Virus record (IMG/VR): IMGVR_UViG_3300040807_002082
Coordinates: 1 to 64,000 of that record
Strand: one strand, 5' to 3'
Source: a virus
DNA length: 64,000 bases
Shown here: piece after piece, positions 37,691-45,809 of the stretch
How the letters are laid out: each line of letters begins with the position of its first letter
Position numbering within the stretch: position 1 is the first letter of the stretch
Translations under genes and position numbers: made by a program
The notes under the pieces: generated by a model
Told to the model about the DNA's origin: nothing
What the model saw: only the letters and a program-made list of their open reading frames with translations
The model's database searches: none

Positions 37691-38916
37691 AACGATTTAA
37701 GCAATACATAGCCGAAGAAAAGAATCTTCATATGACTCACGCCGAGGACGCAATCATCGACGGCGGGGTAACTGGTACACGTAATGTAATTAACCATTTA
37801 CGTGATCTACGCGATATGCTAAAGGGTAATTCAAAATCCTCAGTAAACGTTAGTGTTAAATGGGACGGTGCTCCTGCGGTATTCTGTGGTATAGACCCAA
37901 GCGATGGTGAATTCTTTGTAGCCAAGAAAGGCATCTTTAATAAAAATCCCAAGGTATATAAAACATATGCCGATATTGATGCCGACACTAAAGGGGATTT
38001 AAATGCAAAATTGAAAGTTGCCTTGGACGAGTTTAGCAAACTTGGAATCCAAGGTGTAGTTCAGGGTGATTTTTTATATGAAAGAAGTGATATTAAAGAG
38101 GATACAATTGACGGGGAACCGCATATTACTTTCCATCCTAATACGATTGTTTACGCGGTACCTAAAAACTCAGACCTCGGTAAGGAAATACTCGGATCCA
38201 AGGTCGGAGTGGTCTGGCATACAGTATACCGAGGACCAAGCTTTGAAGAAATGTCTGCAAGTTTTGGAGAGGAGATATTACCTAATCTCAAAAAAGTAAG
38301 CTCGGTATGGCAAGTAGATGCTGTCTTTAAAGATCAGTCAGGTACAGCAACAATGACTGCTAAAGAAACCGCAAAGCTTCAAGGTATTTTATCAAAGGCA
38401 GGTAAATTATTTCGTTCTATTCCAGCACAAGTATTAAACGATATGGGCAAGAACGAAGATCTTAATATGAGAATCAATACTTATATTAATAAAAAGGTTC
38501 GTGCTGGAGAACGTGTTGGTAAGCCAACGGTATTTGTTAATGGATTGGAAAAATATCTTAACGATTATTTTGCTGCTGAAATTGCCGCAAAGAAATCAGC
38601 AAAAGGTAAAGCCAATTGGACAAAGAAACAAGACGAAGCAATGGAATTCTTTAAAAGAAATAAGAAGGCTGATATTGCTCGAGCATTTGAAATGTATAAC
38701 CTCATCGTTGACGCAAAGCATATGATTGTTCGTCAACTCGAAAAGGTCGGTGGCCTAAAAACATTATTGAAAACGGCAGACGGTTATGAAGTAACCGGGC
38801 AAGAAGGATTCGTTGCTATTGACCGTTATGGAAAGAATGCTCTTAAATTGGTAGATCGTTTACAGTTTTCTGCTGCAAACTTTTCAGATACATATATCAA
38901 AGGATGGCAACGATAA
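37687..38916 (+). CDS. DUF6267-like protein, ligase/covalent nucleotidyltransferase-like
   Basis: MKRFKQYIAE; KWDG (motif I), QGDF, EGFV, K.VDR. Confidence 0.7.
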   Translation: MKRFKQYIAEEKNLHMTHAEDAIIDGGVTGTRNVINHLRDLRDMLKGNSKSSVNVSVKWDGAPAVFCGIDPSDGEFFVAKKGIFNKNPKVYKTYADIDADTKGDLNAKLKVALDEFSKLGIQGVVQGDFLYERSDIKEDTIDGEPHITFHPNTIVYAVPKNSDLGKEILGSKVGVVWHTVYRGPSFEEMSASFGEEILPNLKKVSSVWQVDAVFKDQSGTATMTAKETAKLQGILSKAGKLFRSIPAQVLNDMGKNEDLNMRINTYINKKVRAGERVGKPTVFVNGLEKYLNDYFAAEIAAKKSAKGKANWTKKQDEAMEFFKRNKKADIARAFEMYNLIVDAKHMIVRQLEKVGGLKTLLKTADGYEVTGQEGFVAIDRYGKNALKLVDRLQFSAANFSDTYIKGWQR

Positions 38917-39194
38917 TGGCTTGGGTAGTAGTACCGGGATCAAACGGTGTATGGGAATACGATAACGCGCCTACACTGGAAACATTAGCTCCTGGCGCAA
39001 AAGTACATCCTGACGACCAATATTACCGCGAGGCTAACGGCACGGTAACTGCTGGAATTAGATCATTTACTCCTTCGGGCGGTAATACACAAGAAACATA
39101 CGTCAAATGTCGTAAAGTTGGAAATGACTATCCAACTAGAACAGTTGGCCCTTGGGGCGAACTAAATAAAAACTATTACGACGAGAGGATTTAA
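38904..39194 (+). CDS. hypothetical protein
   Basis: 96 aa ORF. Confidence 0.7.
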   Translation: MATIMAWVVVPGSNGVWEYDNAPTLETLAPGAKVHPDDQYYREANGTVTAGIRSFTPSGGNTQETYVKCRKVGNDYPTRTVGPWGELNKNYYDERI

Positions 39195-39197
39195 TAA

Positions 39198-40505
39198 ATG
39201 GCACAGTTTAATACCAGCACAGGCGAACTACTAAACAACAATAAAACACTTTACGAAGTTGTTATGACATCTGGGCAGGCAGGCCCTTCCACATATGTTC
39301 CTGCTGGTAATCTAAACTCTGGTTCGGACGCATTTGGTAGAACCAGAATTTCGCAACCACTAACACTGTTTGATAGTTCACATAGATATGCTGATAACGA
39401 TTTGTGGGCAGAGGGTACTACTGGAACTGCAAGTAGCACATTTAACTCAAATGCTGGTTTGGTTGAACTTGATGTTGGCAGTGCAAGTGGTGATGAGATC
39501 ATTCGTGAAACAACAAAGGTTTTCGCATATCAACCAGGCAAATCATTGTTGATTATGAATACATTTGCTTTTGATGCACCCAAAACAAACCTAAGACAAC
39601 GTGTGGGGTATTTTGGCACAGATAATGGTATTTACTTAGAACAAGATGGAACTGATGTTAATATTGTTGAAAGAAGTCTTGTCACTGGTTCTGTAACCGA
39701 AACTAGAATTGCACAATCTAATTGGAATGTTGATACAATGGATGGAACTGGACGTTCCAACTTAACACTAGACTTAACTAAAGCACAAATCCTTTGGATG
39801 GATTTGGAATGGTTAGGACTTGGTAGTGTAAGAGTAGGATTCGTTATCAATGGACAATTTGTTTGTTGTCATATCTTCCATCACGCAAATTTGGTTGACT
39901 CAACGTATATCACAACTGCATCTCTTCCTCTAAGACAAGAGATTACGAATACTGGATTAACCTCTGGTGCGAGTCAAGCGAAACAAGTTTGTGCTACTGT
40001 TATATCTGAGGGTGGTTATGAACTAAGAGGTAGACAACACGCAGTTGGAACTCCAATTACAGCCGCATATGAAATGGCATCTGCTGGAACATATTATCCT
40101 ATAGTCTCATTGAGATTGAAGTCTGCTAGACTAGATGCTATTGTTATTCTTACAGCAGTATCAATGTTGGGAGTTGGTAATGGAGTGAACTTCTCTTGGA
40201 GAATTGTTGCTGGTGGAAATGTTACTACTGCATCTTGGACTAGTGCTGGAACAAATTCATCTGTTGAATATACAACATCTGGAACAGCACATGATGGTGG
40301 TGGTAGAGTTCTTGCACAAGGTTACTTGAACTCATCTAATCAAGGTTCGCCATCAATGGATATTCTCAAAGAAGCGTTGTTCAAATTTCAGTTAGAAAGA
40401 GACACATTCACATCAACAGCAGAACCTATAACATTCTTGGTTGCTCCAGGCACTGCCGATGAAGATGTATTTGCATCAATGGATTGGGAAGAGATTACTC
40501 GCTGA
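39198..40505 (+). CDS. probable virion structural beta-rich protein
   Basis: DAFGR.R.S.P.TLFDS, YQPGKS, EWLG.GSVR.G; Ser/Thr/Gly rich. Confidence 0.75.
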   Translation: MAQFNTSTGELLNNNKTLYEVVMTSGQAGPSTYVPAGNLNSGSDAFGRTRISQPLTLFDSSHRYADNDLWAEGTTGTASSTFNSNAGLVELDVGSASGDEIIRETTKVFAYQPGKSLLIMNTFAFDAPKTNLRQRVGYFGTDNGIYLEQDGTDVNIVERSLVTGSVTETRIAQSNWNVDTMDGTGRSNLTLDLTKAQILWMDLEWLGLGSVRVGFVINGQFVCCHIFHHANLVDSTYITTASLPLRQEITNTGLTSGASQAKQVCATVISEGGYELRGRQHAVGTPITAAYEMASAGTYYPIVSLRLKSARLDAIVILTAVSMLGVGNGVNFSWRIVAGGNVTTASWTSAGTNSSVEYTTSGTAHDGGGRVLAQGYLNSSNQGSPSMDILKEALFKFQLERDTFTSTAEPITFLVAPGTADEDVFASMDWEEITR

Positions 40506-40659
40506 CATAATGTCACTGTTGCATTATAAGCAATCCGGCTATATCAAATTGGTAAGGCTTATTTACCTATTTTCCTAATAAATATGATTGTAAAAGGGTT
40601 AATCTTTAGAATAGACTAAAGACCGGATCACATACATACATATACATTAGGAGAGTAAA

Positions 40660-40914
40660 ATGACACAAGTAATTCTTGCAGCAACTGATGCGTTGCACAT
40701 TCCAGCGGTACTAGACTTCTTCCGCGATTTAAAAAGAAGTTATAAAAAAAGACAAGATCGAAAAGAAACAATCAAACAATTATCAGCACTTTCAAATAGA
40801 GAACTCAATGATATGGGTATTTCTAGAGGTGATATTTGGGCAATTGCAAATGGTGATCCTTCATATAATCGCAGAAAAGTTTCAGAAAATGATAACTTGA
40901 AGGGTTGGGTGTAA
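40660..40914 (+). CDS. DUF1127 (YjiS-like) small protein
   Basis: R..T...L..LS.REL.D.GI.R.DI signature. Confidence 0.88.
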   Translation: MTQVILAATDALHIPAVLDFFRDLKRSYKKRQDRKETIKQLSALSNRELNDMGISRGDIWAIANGDPSYNRRKVSENDNLKGWV

Positions 40915-41090
40915 TGGATACGGTAATGAAATACACATTCGCGCCATTGTCCGGTTTCTGGGATCGCTTTATGAAAGTTACAGAAATCATGGGTTATAGT
41001 AGAGCAGCAGCTCATCTTGCTTCAATGGGTTTACACGAAGAAGCAAAAAACTGTATGATGCAAATCAAAGAACTCAAAAATAACCATTGA
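40914..41090 (+). CDS. small protein coupled to DUF1127 gene
   Basis: TAATG coupling; G..RAA..L...G..EEAK. Confidence 0.7.
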   Translation: MDTVMKYTFAPLSGFWDRFMKVTEIMGYSRAAAHLASMGLHEEAKNCMMQIKELKNNH

Positions 41091-41163
41091 CATTTTGGTT
41101 ATAACCTGATATAAATAATAGGGTAGGAGTAATTCTGCCCTTTATTTATGAACAGGTGAGGTT

Positions 41164-41775
41164 ATGCATATACACAACTTATTCCCAACTCCAATTGGAG
41201 AATTTTCTTACGGGGAAGATATGGCCCCGTTTTCAGAAATTGTAAAATCTGAAGGTTATCAAAAACATATTAAAAACGGTAGCGGTAATAGATATTCTGA
41301 CCACAACGTATTATCGTATGATTCATTTGGCCCATTAAGGGAATGGATTGATAAATGCCTTCAAGAATATTATCAACACACCTTTGTCCCTCTCGAACAG
41401 CAACACCCACAAGAACTGTACATTACAGAGTCTTGGGTTAATTATGCAAATAACTCTGAATCGCACGAGTGGCACAATCATACTAACTCTATAATATCAG
41501 GTGTGTTTTATATTGAAGCAACTGATGATGCAATTGAGTTCAAATCACCAAAGCCTTATAATCAAATCATGCCCGAGCCAGATTACTTTAACGAGTATAA
41601 CTCGTCTCAATGGTGGCTGCCTGCAAGAACAGCAACTTTATATTTGTTCCCATCTTGGCTACATCACGGCGTTCCTGTATTTGAAAACCGAGAAGAAGAT
41701 AGGATCAGTATTGCATTTAATACATTCTTAAAGGGCATCGTCAGTCGAAGATTGTCTTCAAGATTAGAGATATAA
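41164..41775 (+). CDS. 2OG-Fe(II) oxygenase, TIGR02466-like
   Basis: LFPTP, H.H.NS.ISGVFY, LFPSWL.H.V, RISIAFN. Confidence 0.88.
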   Translation: MHIHNLFPTPIGEFSYGEDMAPFSEIVKSEGYQKHIKNGSGNRYSDHNVLSYDSFGPLREWIDKCLQEYYQHTFVPLEQQHPQELYITESWVNYANNSESHEWHNHTNSIISGVFYIEATDDAIEFKSPKPYNQIMPEPDYFNEYNSSQWWLPARTATLYLFPSWLHHGVPVFENREEDRISIAFNTFLKGIVSRRLSSRLEI

Positions 41776-41796
41776 ATAGTTTTAAAGGAGTATATA

Positions 41797-42372
41797 ATGG
41801 ATTTATCATGGTTACCTGATGATGGTGGAACTGGGCATATGCCACCTTCCGATGAAGTTATCAGTTTTTGGCAAACAGTCAAACAAAAGACAGGCTTTAA
41901 AAAATTAGTAGAAATTGGATTTAATGCTGGTCATAGCAGTTCTATTCTATTAACCTTGTTTGATGATATCACAATTCAATCGTTTGACATTGGACAGTTT
42001 GACATCACGCACTCGAACGGAAAGCTGGTAAAAGAAAGATTTGGCGACCGCTTTAATCTTACAATCAAACCATCAGAACAAATTACATACGGAGAAGTAA
42101 ATGGATCTGACATTCTGTTTATTGATGGCGGACACGATTATCCTATCGTATCTGGAGACGTAGACTTGTGGGAAAACTCAAACATCCCTTACGTCATCAT
42201 TGACGACCTCCAAATCAACGGAGTTAAAAGAGCGCATCGTGAGCTTGTTTCGCGGAATAAGGTAGAAGCAATTTATAAACATTATTATACCGCGGTGCTT
42301 CCATCTTGGATGAGAGACAATCCAAACAACCGTCCAGTTAATGTACCAATTGAGGTTTTGATGAGAAAATGA
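41797..42372 (+). CDS. class I SAM methyltransferase (Methyltransf_24-like)
   Basis: EIGFNAGHS, FIDGGH, IIDD. Confidence 0.85.
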   Translation: MDLSWLPDDGGTGHMPPSDEVISFWQTVKQKTGFKKLVEIGFNAGHSSSILLTLFDDITIQSFDIGQFDITHSNGKLVKERFGDRFNLTIKPSEQITYGEVNGSDILFIDGGHDYPIVSGDVDLWENSNIPYVIIDDLQINGVKRAHRELVSRNKVEAIYKHYYTAVLPSWMRDNPNNRPVNVPIEVLMRK

Positions 42373-43064
42373 AAACGCTAATATATCAGTACTATTATTC
42401 CTTACCACAGAATAAACGTACGCATCATATTATGGATGACAGTAACAATTACCACGAACTATCTGCGCACAGCATTAGGCGTTACGCGTTAGAACATGGA
42501 CACGATTATAAATTCTTAGATCAAGAACATCCCGTGTCACCTTTTTATGGTATTTTCTTACCATTTACCGAAGGTTGGTGTCACGATTATGACGCGATTT
42601 GTTGGATGGACGCTGATATATTAGCAACAACTCACGCAAAAGATGTGTTTTCAAAATACAACGCAGGTAAGATATCGGCATACTTCATGGAAACACAAAA
42701 TCGTTGGAAAGGTAAACCTGACGATAGTCCTTGGGGATGGTTTAAAGATAAAGGCCATATTAATTCTGGCGTTGTTATATTTCCAAAATCAACGTATCAT
42801 TATATAACTAACTTTGTATCAGACTTACAGCATTTGCATGATACGAGAACAGAACTTGAAACATCGCTTGGGAATTTTGACCAGGCAATTGTAAATAAGA
42901 TCGTTCGTAACTTAGATTCATATCAAGAATTAAAGCGTGAATGGAATTATCATTTAGGACGGTATCCACAAGAGGATAGATTTGACGCAAACCTTATTCA
43001 CTATTGGCGTCAATTCAAAGGACAGATGAGAAAAGACTTTGAGGATGAAAGAATTTTAAAATGA
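42369..43064 (+). CDS. GT-A glycosyltransferase
   Basis: WMDAD, INSGV, DQ...N, EWN, IHY. Confidence 0.8.
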   Translation: MKTLIYQYYYSLPQNKRTHHIMDDSNNYHELSAHSIRRYALEHGHDYKFLDQEHPVSPFYGIFLPFTEGWCHDYDAICWMDADILATTHAKDVFSKYNAGKISAYFMETQNRWKGKPDDSPWGWFKDKGHINSGVVIFPKSTYHYITNFVSDLQHLHDTRTELETSLGNFDQAIVNKIVRNLDSYQELKREWNYHLGRYPQEDRFDANLIHYWRQFKGQMRKDFEDERILK

Positions 43065-43678
43065 AAAAAGTGATATGTATGGGATCAGGCAAGAATATGG
43101 TCCTTATAAACGATTGGGATACAGATGGGATTAAAATTTGCGGGGTTAACAACACTTGGCGTGGCACTGATAAATGGGATGTGCTATTACATGCTGGCGA
43201 CTATCCCCATAAACGAGAAGTTCAAGCCGCTAGAAAAAGACAAGAACAGTTAATTGTTTCTCGAGAAGGTGTAATGGGATTTAAGCAATCCTATATGGGA
43301 ATGTCAAATATGCCTTGGGAACAGGCAAGAATCTTTTTAGGTTTGCCTATTTACTTTACTATGACGTATTGGGCTCTATGGCATTTAAAACCTGACGCAA
43401 TTGGTTTCATTGGTTTTGACATGAATTATACCGCAGGTCCTAATGGTGAAACCGCATTTTATGGCGAAGGCTATGATATGAAAACGCGTGGAGTACCTGA
43501 TCCTTTATATCAATTCCGAACCGTTCCTGAATATAAAAAGGAAGGTGAGAATATGATTAACATTCTTTTTGATAGATTAAAAGAACGCACCACCGCTCGC
43601 TTAGTCAATCTTTCAGACGATCCTACCAGTATTCTACCTTGGGATCAAGTAACCTTTGAGGAATTTAAATCATGGTAA
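43061..43678 (+). CDS. putative glycosyltransferase-like protein
   Basis: I.MGSG, GVNN.W, GFIGFD..Y, FYG; within glycan cluster. Confidence 0.55.
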   Translation: MKKVICMGSGKNMVLINDWDTDGIKICGVNNTWRGTDKWDVLLHAGDYPHKREVQAARKRQEQLIVSREGVMGFKQSYMGMSNMPWEQARIFLGLPIYFTMTYWALWHLKPDAIGFIGFDMNYTAGPNGETAFYGEGYDMKTRGVPDPLYQFRTVPEYKKEGENMINILFDRLKERTTARLVNLSDDPTSILPWDQVTFEEFKSW

Positions 43679-44343
43679 TTTGTGAAAAGCATAACTTCTT
43701 ATATTTGCGTATTCCTAAAAACGCAAGCTCAAGTTTAGCAGCATTCTTTATTAAAAACTTTTGTGCAATGTCTGATCGTTGGACGGAAGTAAATGATGCC
43801 GCAATCCGAGATCATAAAGTTGACGTTAATGTAATTAACAAATATAGACACCAATACCGTTGGATTCATTTAACGTTGCAAGAACTTGTTGATAATAAGA
43901 TCGTTACCACATATGATGCTCATAATAAAGATGTAATATCTGTTTTGCGCAATCCTTATATGCGTCAGCTATCTTTATACTTTTTTCTAAAACGCGGTAT
44001 GAGCAAATCAGCTGATGAGTTTCGGCATATCTTTAGAGAAGGCAAACATGAGTCTGATGTGTCAAACGCAATCCTTCAAACAGAATATTCTTTATTAAAT
44101 GGTGTTGACTGTGGTACTTGGTGGTTGTATAATAAATTAGATACACACGTTAAAAACTTTTGTAACGTAAAAGGCGTTAATAGTTCTTTAGAATTGCCAA
44201 AGTATAAAGGCACATGGACTCCTAAAGACCAAGACTTGTTTGATGAATATTACGATCAGAAAACAATTGATGCTGTTCAGAAGTATTATGAAAAGGATTT
44301 TGAGAAATTATTTGAATTAGAAACAGGACTACAGGTGGCATGA
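43672..44343 (+). CDS. sulfotransferase family 2
   Basis: RIPKNASSS (5'-PSB), LRNPY.R..S.Y (3'-PB), YYEKDF. Confidence 0.85.
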   Translation: MVICEKHNFLYLRIPKNASSSLAAFFIKNFCAMSDRWTEVNDAAIRDHKVDVNVINKYRHQYRWIHLTLQELVDNKIVTTYDAHNKDVISVLRNPYMRQLSLYFFLKRGMSKSADEFRHIFREGKHESDVSNAILQTEYSLLNGVDCGTWWLYNKLDTHVKNFCNVKGVNSSLELPKYKGTWTPKDQDLFDEYYDQKTIDAVQKYYEKDFEKLFELETGLQVA

Positions 44344-45014
44344 AAGTTTACATCTTATATCATAACGACCCTTTATCAAAACAATATGCGGACTTTGCGG
44401 CAAAATCGTGCCAGCAAACAAATATGAATTATGAATTGGTTGAAGGTTTTTCTGAACCAATGAATCCTAATGATGCTTGGAACAGTATTGGATTAAAGCG
44501 AAAAATTGAAAGAAACAACTTTGTTCCTAAAGCACAATTATGTTCAGCAGGTCACGCAAAAATTTGGAAAATGATTTCAGAAAGTGATGAGGAAGGCATT
44601 GTATTTGAACACGATGCCGTTATGTTACACGATATTAATGAGATTGAATTTCCAGATAATATGATTGTGGTCCTAGGCTATAAAGTAAAAGATGCCAACA
44701 AATATTTACATGACCAGGCAGGTCCTCCTCAATATATTCGAGATTTGAAAGGACACGAAGGTGCACACGCATATGGGATGACGCCAGCAACTGCAAGAAA
44801 ACTACTCGATGAGATTGAAGAAATTGGAGTATGGTCTGCAGTTGATAACCAATTCTTTTTAGCAGATCAACGTAAAAGCAAGGTTCCTTTAGGCATTCTT
44901 GATCCAACACCAGCAATCGGTTGGTTGCGCCAATCAACAATTTGGGGTAACTCATCAGAAAAGAATTACGAATTTATAGATTCATTTAAAAATAACTATT
45001 ATGGAGACCAATAA
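44340..45014 (+). CDS. GT25-like glycosyltransferase
   Basis: C..GH...WK, FEHDA, GAHAY..TP..A.KL. Confidence 0.8.
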   Translation: MKVYILYHNDPLSKQYADFAAKSCQQTNMNYELVEGFSEPMNPNDAWNSIGLKRKIERNNFVPKAQLCSAGHAKIWKMISESDEEGIVFEHDAVMLHDINEIEFPDNMIVVLGYKVKDANKYLHDQAGPPQYIRDLKGHEGAHAYGMTPATARKLLDEIEEIGVWSAVDNQFFLADQRKSKVPLGILDPTPAIGWLRQSTIWGNSSEKNYEFIDSFKNNYYGDQ

Positions 45015-45016
45015 CA

Positions 45017-45769
45017 ATGTGGCAGCTAACCGACTCGACTCCACGCGAATTTAGATATTATCAGTTTGGGCTACAAAGAACAGGCACGACAATTATTGAC
45101 CGAATCATTAGGGATAATTGGAACTATTGGAAAGCAAATGATGCAGAACAAAATTTGCCAAAGCCTTTTACTTTGCAGCCTCAACCAGATACCGTTTGGA
45201 AACACGCGATTGATATTCCACCAAACTATGACCAAAACGCGCCGACAATTTTAGTATATAAAAGCCCATATACTTGGGCTGAAAGTATGGCATTCCGTAG
45301 AGGTTTGGGCAATGGCGCCTGGAACCAAAGTTGGGGTCACGAGCATTTGAATCTTTATCCTCAACCAAAGCCAGGTTGGAATAACGTCACAATGCCAGGT
45401 CAAGGTACAGTTAACATTGGTCAGATTATGTACGTTTATAAACACTGGTTTAATACTTGGCTTCCATTTGTTGAAGAACATCCTGACAATACAGTCTTGA
45501 TTAAATATGAAGATTTGCTTGTTGATGAGAAACGCAATGAGATCTTTAAGGATATTACTACCAAATTTGGTTGGGATATTATTGAAAATCCAACAATGCC
45601 AAAACACGTAGGTTCATCTCAGCCTATGGATCAAGAACGTATTGACTACTACCTAAAAGGCAGACCAACGCAAGAAATGTTCTATCAACACGGTAGAAGG
45701 TACTTAAATTCTATTAATGACATCCTTGGGCACGAATTAATTACACGCCTGGGATACGAATTCTTATAA
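45017..45769 (+). CDS. sulfotransferase-like protein
   Basis: GLQRTGT, WKH, K.PY.W..S, KYEDL, LGY. Confidence 0.8.
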   Translation: MWQLTDSTPREFRYYQFGLQRTGTTIIDRIIRDNWNYWKANDAEQNLPKPFTLQPQPDTVWKHAIDIPPNYDQNAPTILVYKSPYTWAESMAFRRGLGNGAWNQSWGHEHLNLYPQPKPGWNNVTMPGQGTVNIGQIMYVYKHWFNTWLPFVEEHPDNTVLIKYEDLLVDEKRNEIFKDITTKFGWDIIENPTMPKHVGSSQPMDQERIDYYLKGRPTQEMFYQHGRRYLNSINDILGHELITRLGYEFL

Positions 45770-45809
45770 ATAGAATTAAATGTTTCCAAGTTAAAAGCAC
45801 AGGATTTTC

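Noticed and set aside
40605-40620. TTTAGAATAGACTAAA as an Irr (ICE) box
   Set aside because: One base short and the right half deviates from TTTAGAA-N3-TTCTAAA; better read as a hairpin.
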